Notes: a model not told the origin generated them from the sequence alone. 64,000 nucleotides of DNA from Candidatus Poribacteria bacterium (GCA_965232535.1 CBDDPW010000022.1:512519-576518); one strand, 5' to 3'. Shown: positions 11,101 through 19,699, counted from the stretch's first letter. A program made the numbers and translations.

Positions 11101-12321
11101 ATGTTTGACAGCCTGACTGAACTCCGTGAGAAAATATTCCTGGGTGAGGACTCAATGATTGAGTTCAAGAGAGAGTTGCCCGAACGAAAAGAACTCTCCG
11201 ATGAGATGGCGGCTTTCGCTAACGACCGTGGCGGGGTGATACTCATCGGTGTTGAAGATAACGGCGGCATCGTCGGGATTGATCGCGAGAGCTTGGAAAG
11301 GGTTGAGAAAACGGTGGTTGAAATATGCCAAGACAGCATCGATCCGCCGGTTCACATTGTGACGGAGAAGTTGTGCATTGACGAGAAGAACCTGATAAAA
11401 ATTGATGTGTCTCGCACCCCGTTTGTGCATCGATCAGCCAACGGTTATTTCATCCGTCAGGGCAGCACCAAGAGAGAGATGACCACCGAGCAGTTAGGGC
11501 GATTGTTACAAAATCGTTCGCAAGTGCATCGTATGGCTTTTGATGAACAGTTCGTGCCGAACACTCACAGAGACACATTGAGCAGATCGCTTTATCAGCG
11601 GTTTATAACCCCTGGCGTGGCTGAAGGCGAAGAGGAGAACCTGCTCCTTAAGCGGCGTTTGCTTGTCAAGGAAGGCGAGAATTACCGAGCATCCGTCGCC
11701 GGGGTGTTGATGTGTCATCACAAACCCGATGATTACCTCTATAATAGTTTCATTCAGGCGGTCTATTACAATGGCGTGGAAAAGGATGCCAACTACCAGA
11801 TTGACGCCAAGGATTTCAAGGGACCGCTGGATGAACAAATTGTGGACGCCTTCAAATTCGTTGAAAAGCACAACCAAGTGTCCGCGCGAAAGGAGATTGG
11901 CAGAATCGAGCGGCCGCAGTACAGCATGAGAGCCGTTTTTGAGGCAGTCGTTAATGCCGTCGTACACAGAGATTACTCAAAAGCTGGCTCAAAAATTCGA
12001 CTGTTTATGTTTGCGGATCGGCTGGAGCTTTATTCGCCCGGTGCGTTGGGGTACACCTTGACTGTGGAAGATTTGCCCTATAACCAAGCGACCCGTAATG
12101 AGCTCCTTGCCCGGCTACTTTCGGAAACGACGCTTGAGGACCATCTGGCAACTAAGACAACCCGGCGCCACTTTTTGGAACGCCGCGGCGAGGGCGTCGG
12201 TATCATTCTGAACGAGAGCGAGAGACTGAGCGGTAAAACGCCGGTATACGAGGTGTTTGGCGAAGAATTACGCTTGACAATCTTCGCGGCGGAATCTTTG
12301 CAAGACGACATTGCTGTCTGA
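11101..12321 (+). CDS. AlbA_2 (Schlafen-like divergent AAA) + HATPase_c_4 domain protein (putative DNA-binding / RecG-C-terminal-like ATPase)
   Basis: Starts 2 nt after the upstream stop, so it is translationally coupled. The N-terminus (IEFKREL..AFANDRGGVILIGVEDNGGIVGI) is an AlbA_2 fold. The C-terminus (AVVNAVVHRDYS...IRLFMFADRLELYSPG) is the HATPase-like module typical of this family. Confidence 0.8.
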   Translation: MFDSLTELREKIFLGEDSMIEFKRELPERKELSDEMAAFANDRGGVILIGVEDNGGIVGIDRESLERVEKTVVEICQDSIDPPVHIVTEKLCIDEKNLIKIDVSRTPFVHRSANGYFIRQGSTKREMTTEQLGRLLQNRSQVHRMAFDEQFVPNTHRDTLSRSLYQRFITPGVAEGEEENLLLKRRLLVKEGENYRASVAGVLMCHHKPDDYLYNSFIQAVYYNGVEKDANYQIDAKDFKGPLDEQIVDAFKFVEKHNQVSARKEIGRIERPQYSMRAVFEAVVNAVVHRDYSKAGSKIRLFMFADRLELYSPGALGYTLTVEDLPYNQATRNELLARLLSETTLEDHLATKTTRRHFLERRGEGVGIILNESERLSGKTPVYEVFGEELRLTIFAAESLQDDIAV

Positions 12322-12351
12322 ACTGTGATTTTTGTGATGAAGTGATGGACT

Positions 12352-12738
12352 ATGATTAAAGAGGAGTATAAGTATTCGGCGTTGACGGAAAAAGTGATTG
12401 GCTGTGCCATGCGGGTACATTCTAAGTTAGGCAGTGGATTTCAGGAAGTAATCTATCAGAGGGCATTAGCGCTCGAAATGGCTGCTCAAAAAATTCATTT
12501 CAGTCGTGAGCATGAGATGCCTGTCTACTACAGAGAGCAACAAATTGGCACGCGAAGAGCCGATTTCTTGATAGAGGGCGTTGTCTCCGTCGAATTGAAG
12601 GCTATTATCCAACTGGATGACATCCACCTGGCGCAAGCAATCAACTATCTGGAGGCGTACAATCTGGAGGTTGGGTTGCTAATCAACTTTGGCGCACGAA
12701 GCCTTGAATTCAGAAGAGTTACGAACACAAAACTTTAA
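12352..12738 (+). CDS. GxxExxY family protein (small PD-(D/E)xK-like nuclease-fold protein)
   Basis: 128-aa ORF with KVIGCAMRVHSKLGSGFQEVIYQRAL...ADFLIEGVVSVELKAI, the hallmark GxxExxY motif region. Confidence 0.75.
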   Translation: MIKEEYKYSALTEKVIGCAMRVHSKLGSGFQEVIYQRALALEMAAQKIHFSREHEMPVYYREQQIGTRRADFLIEGVVSVELKAIIQLDDIHLAQAINYLEAYNLEVGLLINFGARSLEFRRVTNTKL

Positions 12739-12801
12739 TCAACAAAATCATGGCAATCACCATAATCTCATGAATCACAGTTCAGACAAAGGGAAAAAAC
12801 C

Positions 12802-15800
12802 ATGGCAGAAAACACCTCACTATTCCCTTCCGGTATTCGTGATAACCGCCATCGCGGCACGGTCGGCAGATTCCTGCAGGACTATATCAAAGACGGATCG
12901 TCACTCTCTATCGTCTCAGCCTACTTCACGATTTACGCCTTCGACGCCTTGAGATCGTCTTTGCTCGGAATCAATGACCTTCGCTTCCTCTTCGGCGAAC
13001 CGCGATTCATCAACCGGTTAGATCCCGAAAGAACGGAAAAGAAATCATTCATCATAGACAGCGGCGGCTTGCAGTTGACGAACCAGCTTGAACTCAAGCG
13101 GGTGGCAAGGGAATGCGCCGCGTGGATTGAAGACAAGGTCGAGATTCGCTCAATCCAAAAGGAAAACCTGCTGCACGGCAAGATGTACCACATCGACGAT
13201 ACCAACCGGGAACACGCGATTCTCGGTAGTTCCAACTTCACCGTGCGCGGCTTGGGATTGGGCGAAAGTGAAGGCAACATCGAACTCAATTTGAAGGTTG
13301 AGGACAACCGGGATGTTACCGACCTGAAACAATGGTTTAACGAACTGTGGTATGACGAGAAACAGGTCGTGGATGTTAAGGATGAAGTGTTGTCCTACCT
13401 TAATCAACTCTATGAGAATTACGCGCCGGAGTTCGTCTACTACAAGACGCTTTATCATCTCTTTGAGCGGTACTTGAGCGATCAGGAGGGGTGGGGCCTG
13501 CTGGACACACCGCCGCAACTCGTCGACACGCAAATCTGGAACGCGCTCTACGGTTTCCAGAAGGACGGCGTAAAAGGGGCAATCAACAAAATCCTGACGC
13601 ACAACGGCTGTATTATCGCAGACAGCGTCGGCTTGGGAAAGACATACGAAGCCCTTGCGGTGATAAAATACTTTGAACTGCGCAACGAAAACGTGCTGGT
13701 GCTATGTCCCAAGAAACTACGAGAGAACTGGACCATCTACCCTGCATATACGGGCAACACACTCAATCCCTTCCCAAATGACCGCTTCGGCTATACCGTT
13801 CTCTCGCATACTGACCTGAGCCGGGCGGACGGCATGTCGGGGGATGTGGATCTGTCGTCGTTCAATTGGGGTAATTACGGTCTGGTGGTTATTGACGAGT
13901 CGCACAATTTCCGAAACAACACCCCCGGAAAAAAAGATCGGGACGGCAACCTGATACGCTTGAGCCGCTACAAACGGCTGATGGATGACATTGTCAAGAG
14001 CGGCGTAAACACCAAGATGCTGTTGCTGTCCGCGACGCCGGTCAACAACGATCTACGCGATCTGCGCAACCAACTTTACTTTCTTACAGAGGAACGCGAC
14101 GACGCTTTCAAGGATTCACTCGGCGTCGCCAATCTGAGAGAAACCATCTCAAGCGCCCAAACCGCCTTCAACAAGTGGGCAAAGCAGGAGGGGACGCGCA
14201 GCAGCCAGAATCTGCTGGAAGAACTGAGTACCCACTTCTTCAGACTGCTTGACGGTTTGACCATCGCGCGGTCGCGGAAGCAAATTCAAAAATACTACCC
14301 CGACTCGATGAGAGAATTGGGCGGCTTCCCGAAACGCGGCAAGCCCGAATCCATCTATACCAAAATAGATCTCAAGGATGAGTTCCTGTCTTACGACGCG
14401 CTGAACGATGAGATTTCCGAGTATCAACTGTCGCTCTACAATCCGACCAAATATCTCCGACCCGAACACGAGTCCGAATACAACTTGGAGTTGGTAAAAA
14501 ACTTTACGCAGATTGACCGTGAGCACTTCCTGATTGGCATGATGAAGGTAAACTTCCTCAAACGCTTGGAGAGCTCCGTCCACTCCTTCAAGATTACGCT
14601 GGAGCGTACGCTTGATAAGATTGAAAAGTTGGAGGAACGTATCCGGCGGTTTCAGGAGTTCCGCGACGAAAACCCCGACCTCGATCCGGCGGAGATGGAG
14701 ATTGACGCCGGTGATGACGAAGACCTGCAAGCGGCTTTGGAGGTGGGGAAGAGCCTGAAATTCAAGACGGCGCACCTTGACGTGGAGCGGTGGTTGGAGG
14801 ATTTGCGGCAGGACAGAGAACAGCTTGAGCGCCCCCTCCGCTCCGCGGAAAAAGTCAACCCGGCCCGTGACGCAAAGCTCACCAGACTGAAGCAGTTGAT
14901 TCGAGAGAAAGTTAAGAATCCTTCAACCACCAAGCGTGGAACTCTAAATCGAAAGGTATTGGTATTCACCGCCTTTGCGGATATCGCCGACTACCTCTAC
15001 GGGGAGTTGCATGAATGGGCGCAGACGGAATTGGGCATCCGTACCGGGATGGTGACGGGGGGCACCATGCCCAACAGAACCACCCTGGGCAAAACCAACT
15101 TTGTCGACATCCTTACCAATTTCTCGCCAATTGCGAAGAACCGGAGCAGCGATAGGGAAATGCTTCAGGACGAGGAAATAGACCTACTCATCGGCACGGA
15201 TTGTATCTCGGAAGGCCAGAACCTGCAAGACTGCGACTACCTGATCAACTACGACATCCACTGGAATCCGGTGCGCATCATTCAGCGCTTCGGACGGATT
15301 GACCGTATTGGAAGCGTCAACAACCGAGTTCATTTAGTGAACTTCTGGCCCACCCCCGACCTGAATCGTTACATCAACCTGAAAAATCGGGTTGAAGCGC
15401 GGATGGCGCTGGTGGATGTCACGGCTGCGCAGGGAGATAACCTGCTTGACCCCGACGCGCTCTCCGAAGCCATTGAAGGGGACCTCAAATACCGCGACCA
15501 ACAACTCCTGAAACTTCAAGAGGAAATCCTTGACCTTGAAGAGTTTGACGAAAACGTCTCCCTCAACGAGTTCACGCTTGACGATTTCCGTATGGAACTC
15601 ATCAGGTACATCGAAAGCAACAAAAAGAAACTTGAGGAGGCGCCTTTCGGGCTTTACGCCGTTGTGCCTCCGCCCGCGGGAGATCCGATAATTAAACCCG
15701 GTGTTATCTTTTGCCTCAAACAGAAATCGAAGTCGGAGGAGAACGAAAAGTTGAATCCGACCCATCCCTACTTCCTGGTCTACGTTCGAGAGGAAGGCGT

Positions 15801-16206
15801 CGTGCGGTTTACGTTTGCCCAGCCGAAGCAAATCCTTGAGATGTACCGTCAATTGTGTGAGACGAAGACCAGTCCGTATGACGAACTCTGTGCGTTGTTC
15901 GATGAACACACGGAAAACGGCGCCGACATGTTGGGTTACGACAAACTACTCCGGGAAGCCGTTAAATCCATTTCGCATACCTACGAGAAGCGCGCTTTCA
16001 CCAATCTTCGATCCGGTCGCGGCGGGGTATTGCCGCTCGAATCCGAGCAGGTTGGCGACACGACGGATTTTGAGTTAGTGACGTGGTTGGTGATTAAGGA
16101 CGAATCGTCTCCCATGAAGCTGAATGAGCTTCTGGATCAAGTGACAGAGTACAATATTCATGGCGAAGTTGACACCGGTTCTCCGGTGGGGCGTGAAGAA
16201 TGGTAA
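12802..16206 (+). CDS. PLD-family nuclease / SNF2-family helicase fusion with MazE-like antitoxin C-terminal tail (1134 aa)
   Basis: N-terminal HKD motif (HGKMYHIDD...GSSNFT). SNF2 motifs: I GLGKTYEAL, II VIDESHNFRN, III LLSATPVNN, V/VI QRFGRIDRIGS. The last ~45 aa (PMKLNELLDQVTEYNIHGEVDTGSPVGREEW) closely resemble the C-terminal half of MazE/PemI antitoxins (..[28 protein letters not shown]). Confidence 0.85.
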   Translation: MAENTSLFPSGIRDNRHRGTVGRFLQDYIKDGSSLSIVSAYFTIYAFDALRSSLLGINDLRFLFGEPRFINRLDPERTEKKSFIIDSGGLQLTNQLELKRVARECAAWIEDKVEIRSIQKENLLHGKMYHIDDTNREHAILGSSNFTVRGLGLGESEGNIELNLKVEDNRDVTDLKQWFNELWYDEKQVVDVKDEVLSYLNQLYENYAPEFVYYKTLYHLFERYLSDQEGWGLLDTPPQLVDTQIWNALYGFQKDGVKGAINKILTHNGCIIADSVGLGKTYEALAVIKYFELRNENVLVLCPKKLRENWTIYPAYTGNTLNPFPNDRFGYTVLSHTDLSRADGMSGDVDLSSFNWGNYGLVVIDESHNFRNNTPGKKDRDGNLIRLSRYKRLMDDIVKSGVNTKMLLLSATPVNNDLRDLRNQLYFLTEERDDAFKDSLGVANLRETISSAQTAFNKWAKQEGTRSSQNLLEELSTHFFRLLDGLTIARSRKQIQKYYPDSMRELGGFPKRGKPESIYTKIDLKDEFLSYDALNDEISEYQLSLYNPTKYLRPEHESEYNLELVKNFTQIDREHFLIGMMKVNFLKRLESSVHSFKITLERTLDKIEKLEERIRRFQEFRDENPDLDPAEMEIDAGDDEDLQAALEVGKSLKFKTAHLDVERWLEDLRQDREQLERPLRSAEKVNPARDAKLTRLKQLIREKVKNPSTTKRGTLNRKVLVFTAFADIADYLYGELHEWAQTELGIRTGMVTGGTMPNRTTLGKTNFVDILTNFSPIAKNRSSDREMLQDEEIDLLIGTDCISEGQNLQDCDYLINYDIHWNPVRIIQRFGRIDRIGSVNNRVHLVNFWPTPDLNRYINLKNRVEARMALVDVTAAQGDNLLDPDALSEAIEGDLKYRDQQLLKLQEEILDLEEFDENVSLNEFTLDDFRMELIRYIESNKKKLEEAPFGLYAVVPPPAGDPIIKPGVIFCLKQKSKSEENEKLNPTHPYFLVYVREEGVVRFTFAQPKQILEMYRQLCETKTSPYDELCALFDEHTENGADMLGYDKLLREAVKSISHTYEKRAFTNLRSGRGGVLPLESEQVGDTTDFELVTWLVIKDESSPMKLNELLDQVTEYNIHGEVDTGSPVGREEW

Positions 16207-16553
16207 GACCAACCAACTACGTTCCACGACGCGGTGATGCGGTGTGGGTTGACTTCAATCCTCAAGCCGGGCACGAGCAAGCGGGACGGCGTCCTGCCGT
16301 TGTACTATCACCAGAGTCTTATAACAGCACCGTAGGTCTGGCAATTCTGTGCCCAATTACCAGTAGAGTGAAGGGGTATCCTTTTGAGGTTACAATCCCA
16401 GCCGGGCTAGATGTAAATGGGGTTATTCTTGCGGACCAACTCAAGAGCGCGGATTGGCGTGTGAGAAATGCGGAGTTGATATGTTCTTTGCCCATGACCA
16501 CAGTTGACACAGTTTTGCAGAGAGTCCAAACGCTCTTAGGAAGAGATGGTTAA
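16200..16553 (+). CDS. mazF: MazF/PemK-family type II toxin endoribonuclease
   Basis: Has VPRRGDAVWVDFNPQAGHEQAGRRPAVVLSP...LCPITS, the MazF/Kid signature. The ATG overlaps the helicase stop (ATGGTAA), the classic antitoxin-toxin overlap geometry. Confidence 0.85.
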   Translation: MVRPTNYVPRRGDAVWVDFNPQAGHEQAGRRPAVVLSPESYNSTVGLAILCPITSRVKGYPFEVTIPAGLDVNGVILADQLKSADWRVRNAELICSLPMTTVDTVLQRVQTLLGRDG

Positions 16554-16689
16554 CTATTTGGCTCAAGTAACAAATCAAGGTGTTTTCAAGGTCGTTGGGT
16601 GCGCCGACAGAACGTGCTGTGGTAGCATCTCATCATTCCTTTCGGGATGATTCATTCAGCAAGCACCACTCGTTTTTCAATCCTCGGTT

Positions 16690-17557
16690 AGCTTTGAAAA
16701 AGCGTTCCTTAATAGCGCGCCATTATCCCTGTCGGAATAATTCTTTCAGCAAGTAACTACCTCACATTTCCATGTAGGAGGGGCATCTTGCCCCGACGGT
16801 TTGTCTATAGCGCACATTATCCTTGGCGGAATAATTCTTTCAGCAAGTAACACTCATCTTCGGATCTATGACAGGCTTTGGGGAGGTGTTCCTTCGTAAA
16901 ATGCTTTTCACTCCAGAGGATCAAGCGACTGAATAGGGAGCGCGATAGTAAATCCTATGCAATGTCAATAGAATCGCGGTGTCTCCCAATCTCCGCGCTC
17001 CAGCGGAGCGCAATGTGTCTAGCGCATCATCAAGTGTCACTCATATTTCGTTCTATGGCTAGCTCTGAAAAAGTGTTACTTGGTAGCGCCCCATTATCCC
17101 TGTCAGGATAATTCATTCAGCAAGTAACACTCATTTTTCGCTCTATGACAGGTTTTGAAAAAGCGTTCCTTCGTAGAATGGTTTCACTCCAGAGGAGTGA
17201 GATGTCAATAGAACACGATTCCCCATCGCGTCTGCACTCCAGAGGAGTGCAATGTGGAGTGTTACTTGAGAGCGTGCCATTATCCCTGTCGCGATAATTC
17301 TTTCAGCAAGCAACACTCTTGTACCGCAAACTGTCAGTTTGTGATCACAATTCATCAGCGGTACACGTTCATTTTTCGCTCTATGGCTGGCTTTCCGAGA
17401 GTGTTACTTGATAGCGCGCCATTATCCCTGTCGGAATAATTCTTTCAGCAAGCAACACTCTTGTACCGCAAACTGTTAGTTTGCGATCGCAATCCATCAG
17501 CGGTACACGTTCATTTTTCGCTCTATGACTGGCTTTCCGAGAGTGTTACTTGATAGG
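16690..17557. repeat. array of nested palindromic REP/MITE-like units (family A: GTGTTACTTG-N-CCATTATCCCTGTCGGAATAAT-N-CAAGTAACAC), including two tandem ~142-bp composite units (17269-17556)
   Basis: Full family-A units occur at 17073-17130, 17269-17316 and 17401-17458. Degenerate copies lie at 16718-16776 and 16806-16853, and a truncated copy at 17540-17556. The units are interleaved with other palindromes (CACTCCAGAGGAGTG, CAAACTGTCAGTTTG, GCGCTCCAGCGGAGCGC). The spacers are not unique. Confidence 0.8.
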
Positions 17558-18547
17558 TCATAATTGGGTTAGCGAATCCGCTCCGCTTAGGAATCCTTCA
17601 ATCCACGGGCGTACCCGCTCGCGCATACCTCCAAGATCGTGGAGATGCAGCCACAGCGTCATGCCCCGGAGGTAGGCGAGCCTGAGATGTGCGGGGAGAG
17701 CGCTTCGTTCCTCTTCTGTTAAAGGACAAACCGCCTCGTAAGCTTCAAGGAAAATAGACTTTTGCTGGGGCGTTAAAGGAGTGTCTTGGTAAACGGAGGG
17801 GAAGAAGACCAAGGCGTACGCGAGATCGTAGGCACGGTTGGCGGGTCGTGCGGAGTCGAAATCCAAAATAGCTTTCACTTTTCCCTCGGCATCGAATTTC
17901 AAATTTTGTGCGCGATAGTCGCCGTGGATAATCCAGTCTCCGTCGTCCGACTCGGAGATTTCCGCCGCCAATCTTTCCACTTCCCCCATCCATTCATCAA
18001 TCCGATTCCGCGATACGGGATACCCGTCAGCTTCCGACGCGGCGATACGTATCCGTTCAAGCCGCAGGCGCAGCAGATTGATAACCTCCTCGTGCATAGG
18101 TAGCCACTTGAAGCCGACCGTTGGTTGAAAGCCCTGCAATTTTCTGTGAATGCGTCCCAGGGTTTCGCCCGCGGAATGCAGCGCTCCAATCGGTTGTGCA
18201 ACGTCGTAACCCTGTCCTTCCACGAATTCAAAAATCGCGTAGATGTCGCTTCCTTCAACCGATAGCGTGTCGCCGTCACGATTTCGGAGGAGGCGAGGGA
18301 TAGAGAACTCCGGTTTCCCAAGATATTCCTGTACCGCATGGGTGAAGGCGATGCGGGGGATGTGCATTGACGGGCTGAGGTCAAGGTCGGATGCAGGTTT
18401 ATAGCGTTTTAGAAACAGTTTTCCCTGATCGGTATTGAGCGCCATTGTGGAACTCATGGCGCCTGTACCTATCGGGACAGCGGTGGTAACCTCTAGTCCG
18501 TAGTGTTGGTGGATATTTTCCTCTTGCTGAGGCGAAAGCGATTCCAT
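17558..18547 (-). CDS. phosphotransferase-family (APH/choline-kinase fold) protein kinase-like enzyme
   Basis: 329-aa ORF with the catalytic HGDYRAQNLKFD (HGDxxxxN) and a downstream DFDSA (DxD) motif of aminoglycoside/homoserine-kinase-type phosphotransferases. Confidence 0.8.
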   Translation of the reverse strand: MESLSPQQEENIHQHYGLEVTTAVPIGTGAMSSTMALNTDQGKLFLKRYKPASDLDLSPSMHIPRIAFTHAVQEYLGKPEFSIPRLLRNRDGDTLSVEGSDIYAIFEFVEGQGYDVAQPIGALHSAGETLGRIHRKLQGFQPTVGFKWLPMHEEVINLLRLRLERIRIAASEADGYPVSRNRIDEWMGEVERLAAEISESDDGDWIIHGDYRAQNLKFDAEGKVKAILDFDSARPANRAYDLAYALVFFPSVYQDTPLTPQQKSIFLEAYEAVCPLTEEERSALPAHLRLAYLRGMTLWLHLHDLGGMRERVRPWIEGFLSGADSLTQL

Positions 18548-18667
18548 TTGTTTGGGCGTTTACCTCAATTTAACGACTTCTCGCGATATTTTCAATCGTA
18601 GCGAAATCGTTGTCAAGTTTTAATCGAGATTGATTTCGCTTTGGTGATGGAGATTGTGCCAAAAAGG

Positions 18668-18700
18668 AATGGTGAGCCGTGCCCACCCTACTACAAGCAA
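18668..18700. repeat. REP-B family variant (AATGGTGAGCCGTGCCCACCCTACTACAAG)
   Basis: Matches the AATGGTGGGCAGTGCCCACCCTACA.. consensus seen at 51893 and 59066. Confidence 0.5.
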
Positions 18701-18743
18701 TACGCATCTGATTTTGCATTGACAACTTTACACGTGTATAGTA

Positions 18744-18913
18744 ACCAATGGTGCTAGTATATGTAGTATTTAAATCATAAATGACATACTATATACTGAC
18801 ACGATGATGTGCGATTATGCGCGGTTGACAAATGTTGCGCCTACCTGACCTGCTAACAACCTAGATATAGTATGTCATTGAAAATCATGTACCAATTAAC
18901 TAGCACCAAAGGT
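18744..18913 (+). mobile_element. MITE-like ~170-bp element, copy 3
   Basis: Full-length copy flanked by a TAGTA direct repeat (18739-18743 and 18914-18918). Same TIRs as copies 1 and 2. Confidence 0.85.
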
Positions 18914-19117
18914 TAGTATGATAAGGAACGGACTAATAAGTTGCGGAGTGGATGCGCTACTCTTCAAATTGCCGATTTCCCGTGTTCGAACGGGGCGGCG
19001 CTTCGGCTTCGCGCGTACTTAAAAACCTGTTTGAAATGCCGTTTCGAGTAAAATCATGCGTGTCGAAACCGAGTTTTTTCTTCAAAACTTGGTTTCTTTC
19101 TCGCACAATTCTGTAGG

Positions 19118-19245
19118 ATCAACCGACTGAATAGGGAGGGCGATAGAGATCCTTCAACCGACTGAATAGGGAGGGATCAAGTGAGTGAATAGCGAACGCG
19201 ATAGAGATCCTTCAACCGACTGAATAGGGAGGGCGATAGAACTCC
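19118..19245. repeat. tandem ~35-bp repeats (TCAACCGACTGAATAGGGAGGGCGATAGAGATCCT), 3.5 units with one nested variant unit
   Basis: Head-to-tail units with no spacers. Related single units lie at 16919-16952, 19770-19838 and 27440-27476, and in reverse orientation at 33181-33198 and 58911-58975. Confidence 0.7.
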
Positions 19246-19699
19246 CCTGCGCACCTGACAAATCGTGCGTTTCAAACAGGCTTTAAGAGTGACCTTTATG
19301 GCGACGAACTTTTTTTCTGTTAACATCTTGTTCACATTTGCTTACCTATGGACCCACGCTATCAAAGGAAAGTACTGAATCAAACCATGTGAACACCCTC
19401 TTGAAATCATGCCTCCGTTCACATTTTTGTACCTATATTTTGGGGAATTTTACAAGAGAAATAGGTACAAGTTCAGCCGAAAACGTCCGAAATGGGTAGT
19501 AGATCGGCATTTTGTTCACATTTTCGAGTTCTTGAGCGACAGAACAAGGGGCAATCAAAGGACCGTGAACATCTACTGATTTTATACACCTTCCACTCCG
19601 ATGATGTTGTAGTGTGAAGGGCCCATGAAGCCGCAAACAGCCGCCATGGTTAGTTTGAACGCGAGGCCGATGAAGTGATTTCAGATGCTTTTTCCTATA

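Noticed and set aside
4062-16553. Calling the island BREX or DISARM
   Set aside because: A PglX/DrmMI-like adenine MTase and a DrmD/DrmC-like SNF2-PLD are present. The obligatory partners are absent: brxA/brxB/brxC/pglZ/brxL for BREX, and drmA/drmB (DUF1998) for DISARM. So neither label is justified from sequence.
16690-17557. Possible CRISPR array (repeated ~58-bp palindromic units)
   Set aside because: Repeat spacing is irregular (88-264 bp). The sequences between repeats are themselves repeated rather than unique. The units are long nested palindromes and no cas genes are present. It is better explained as REP/MITE-like elements.
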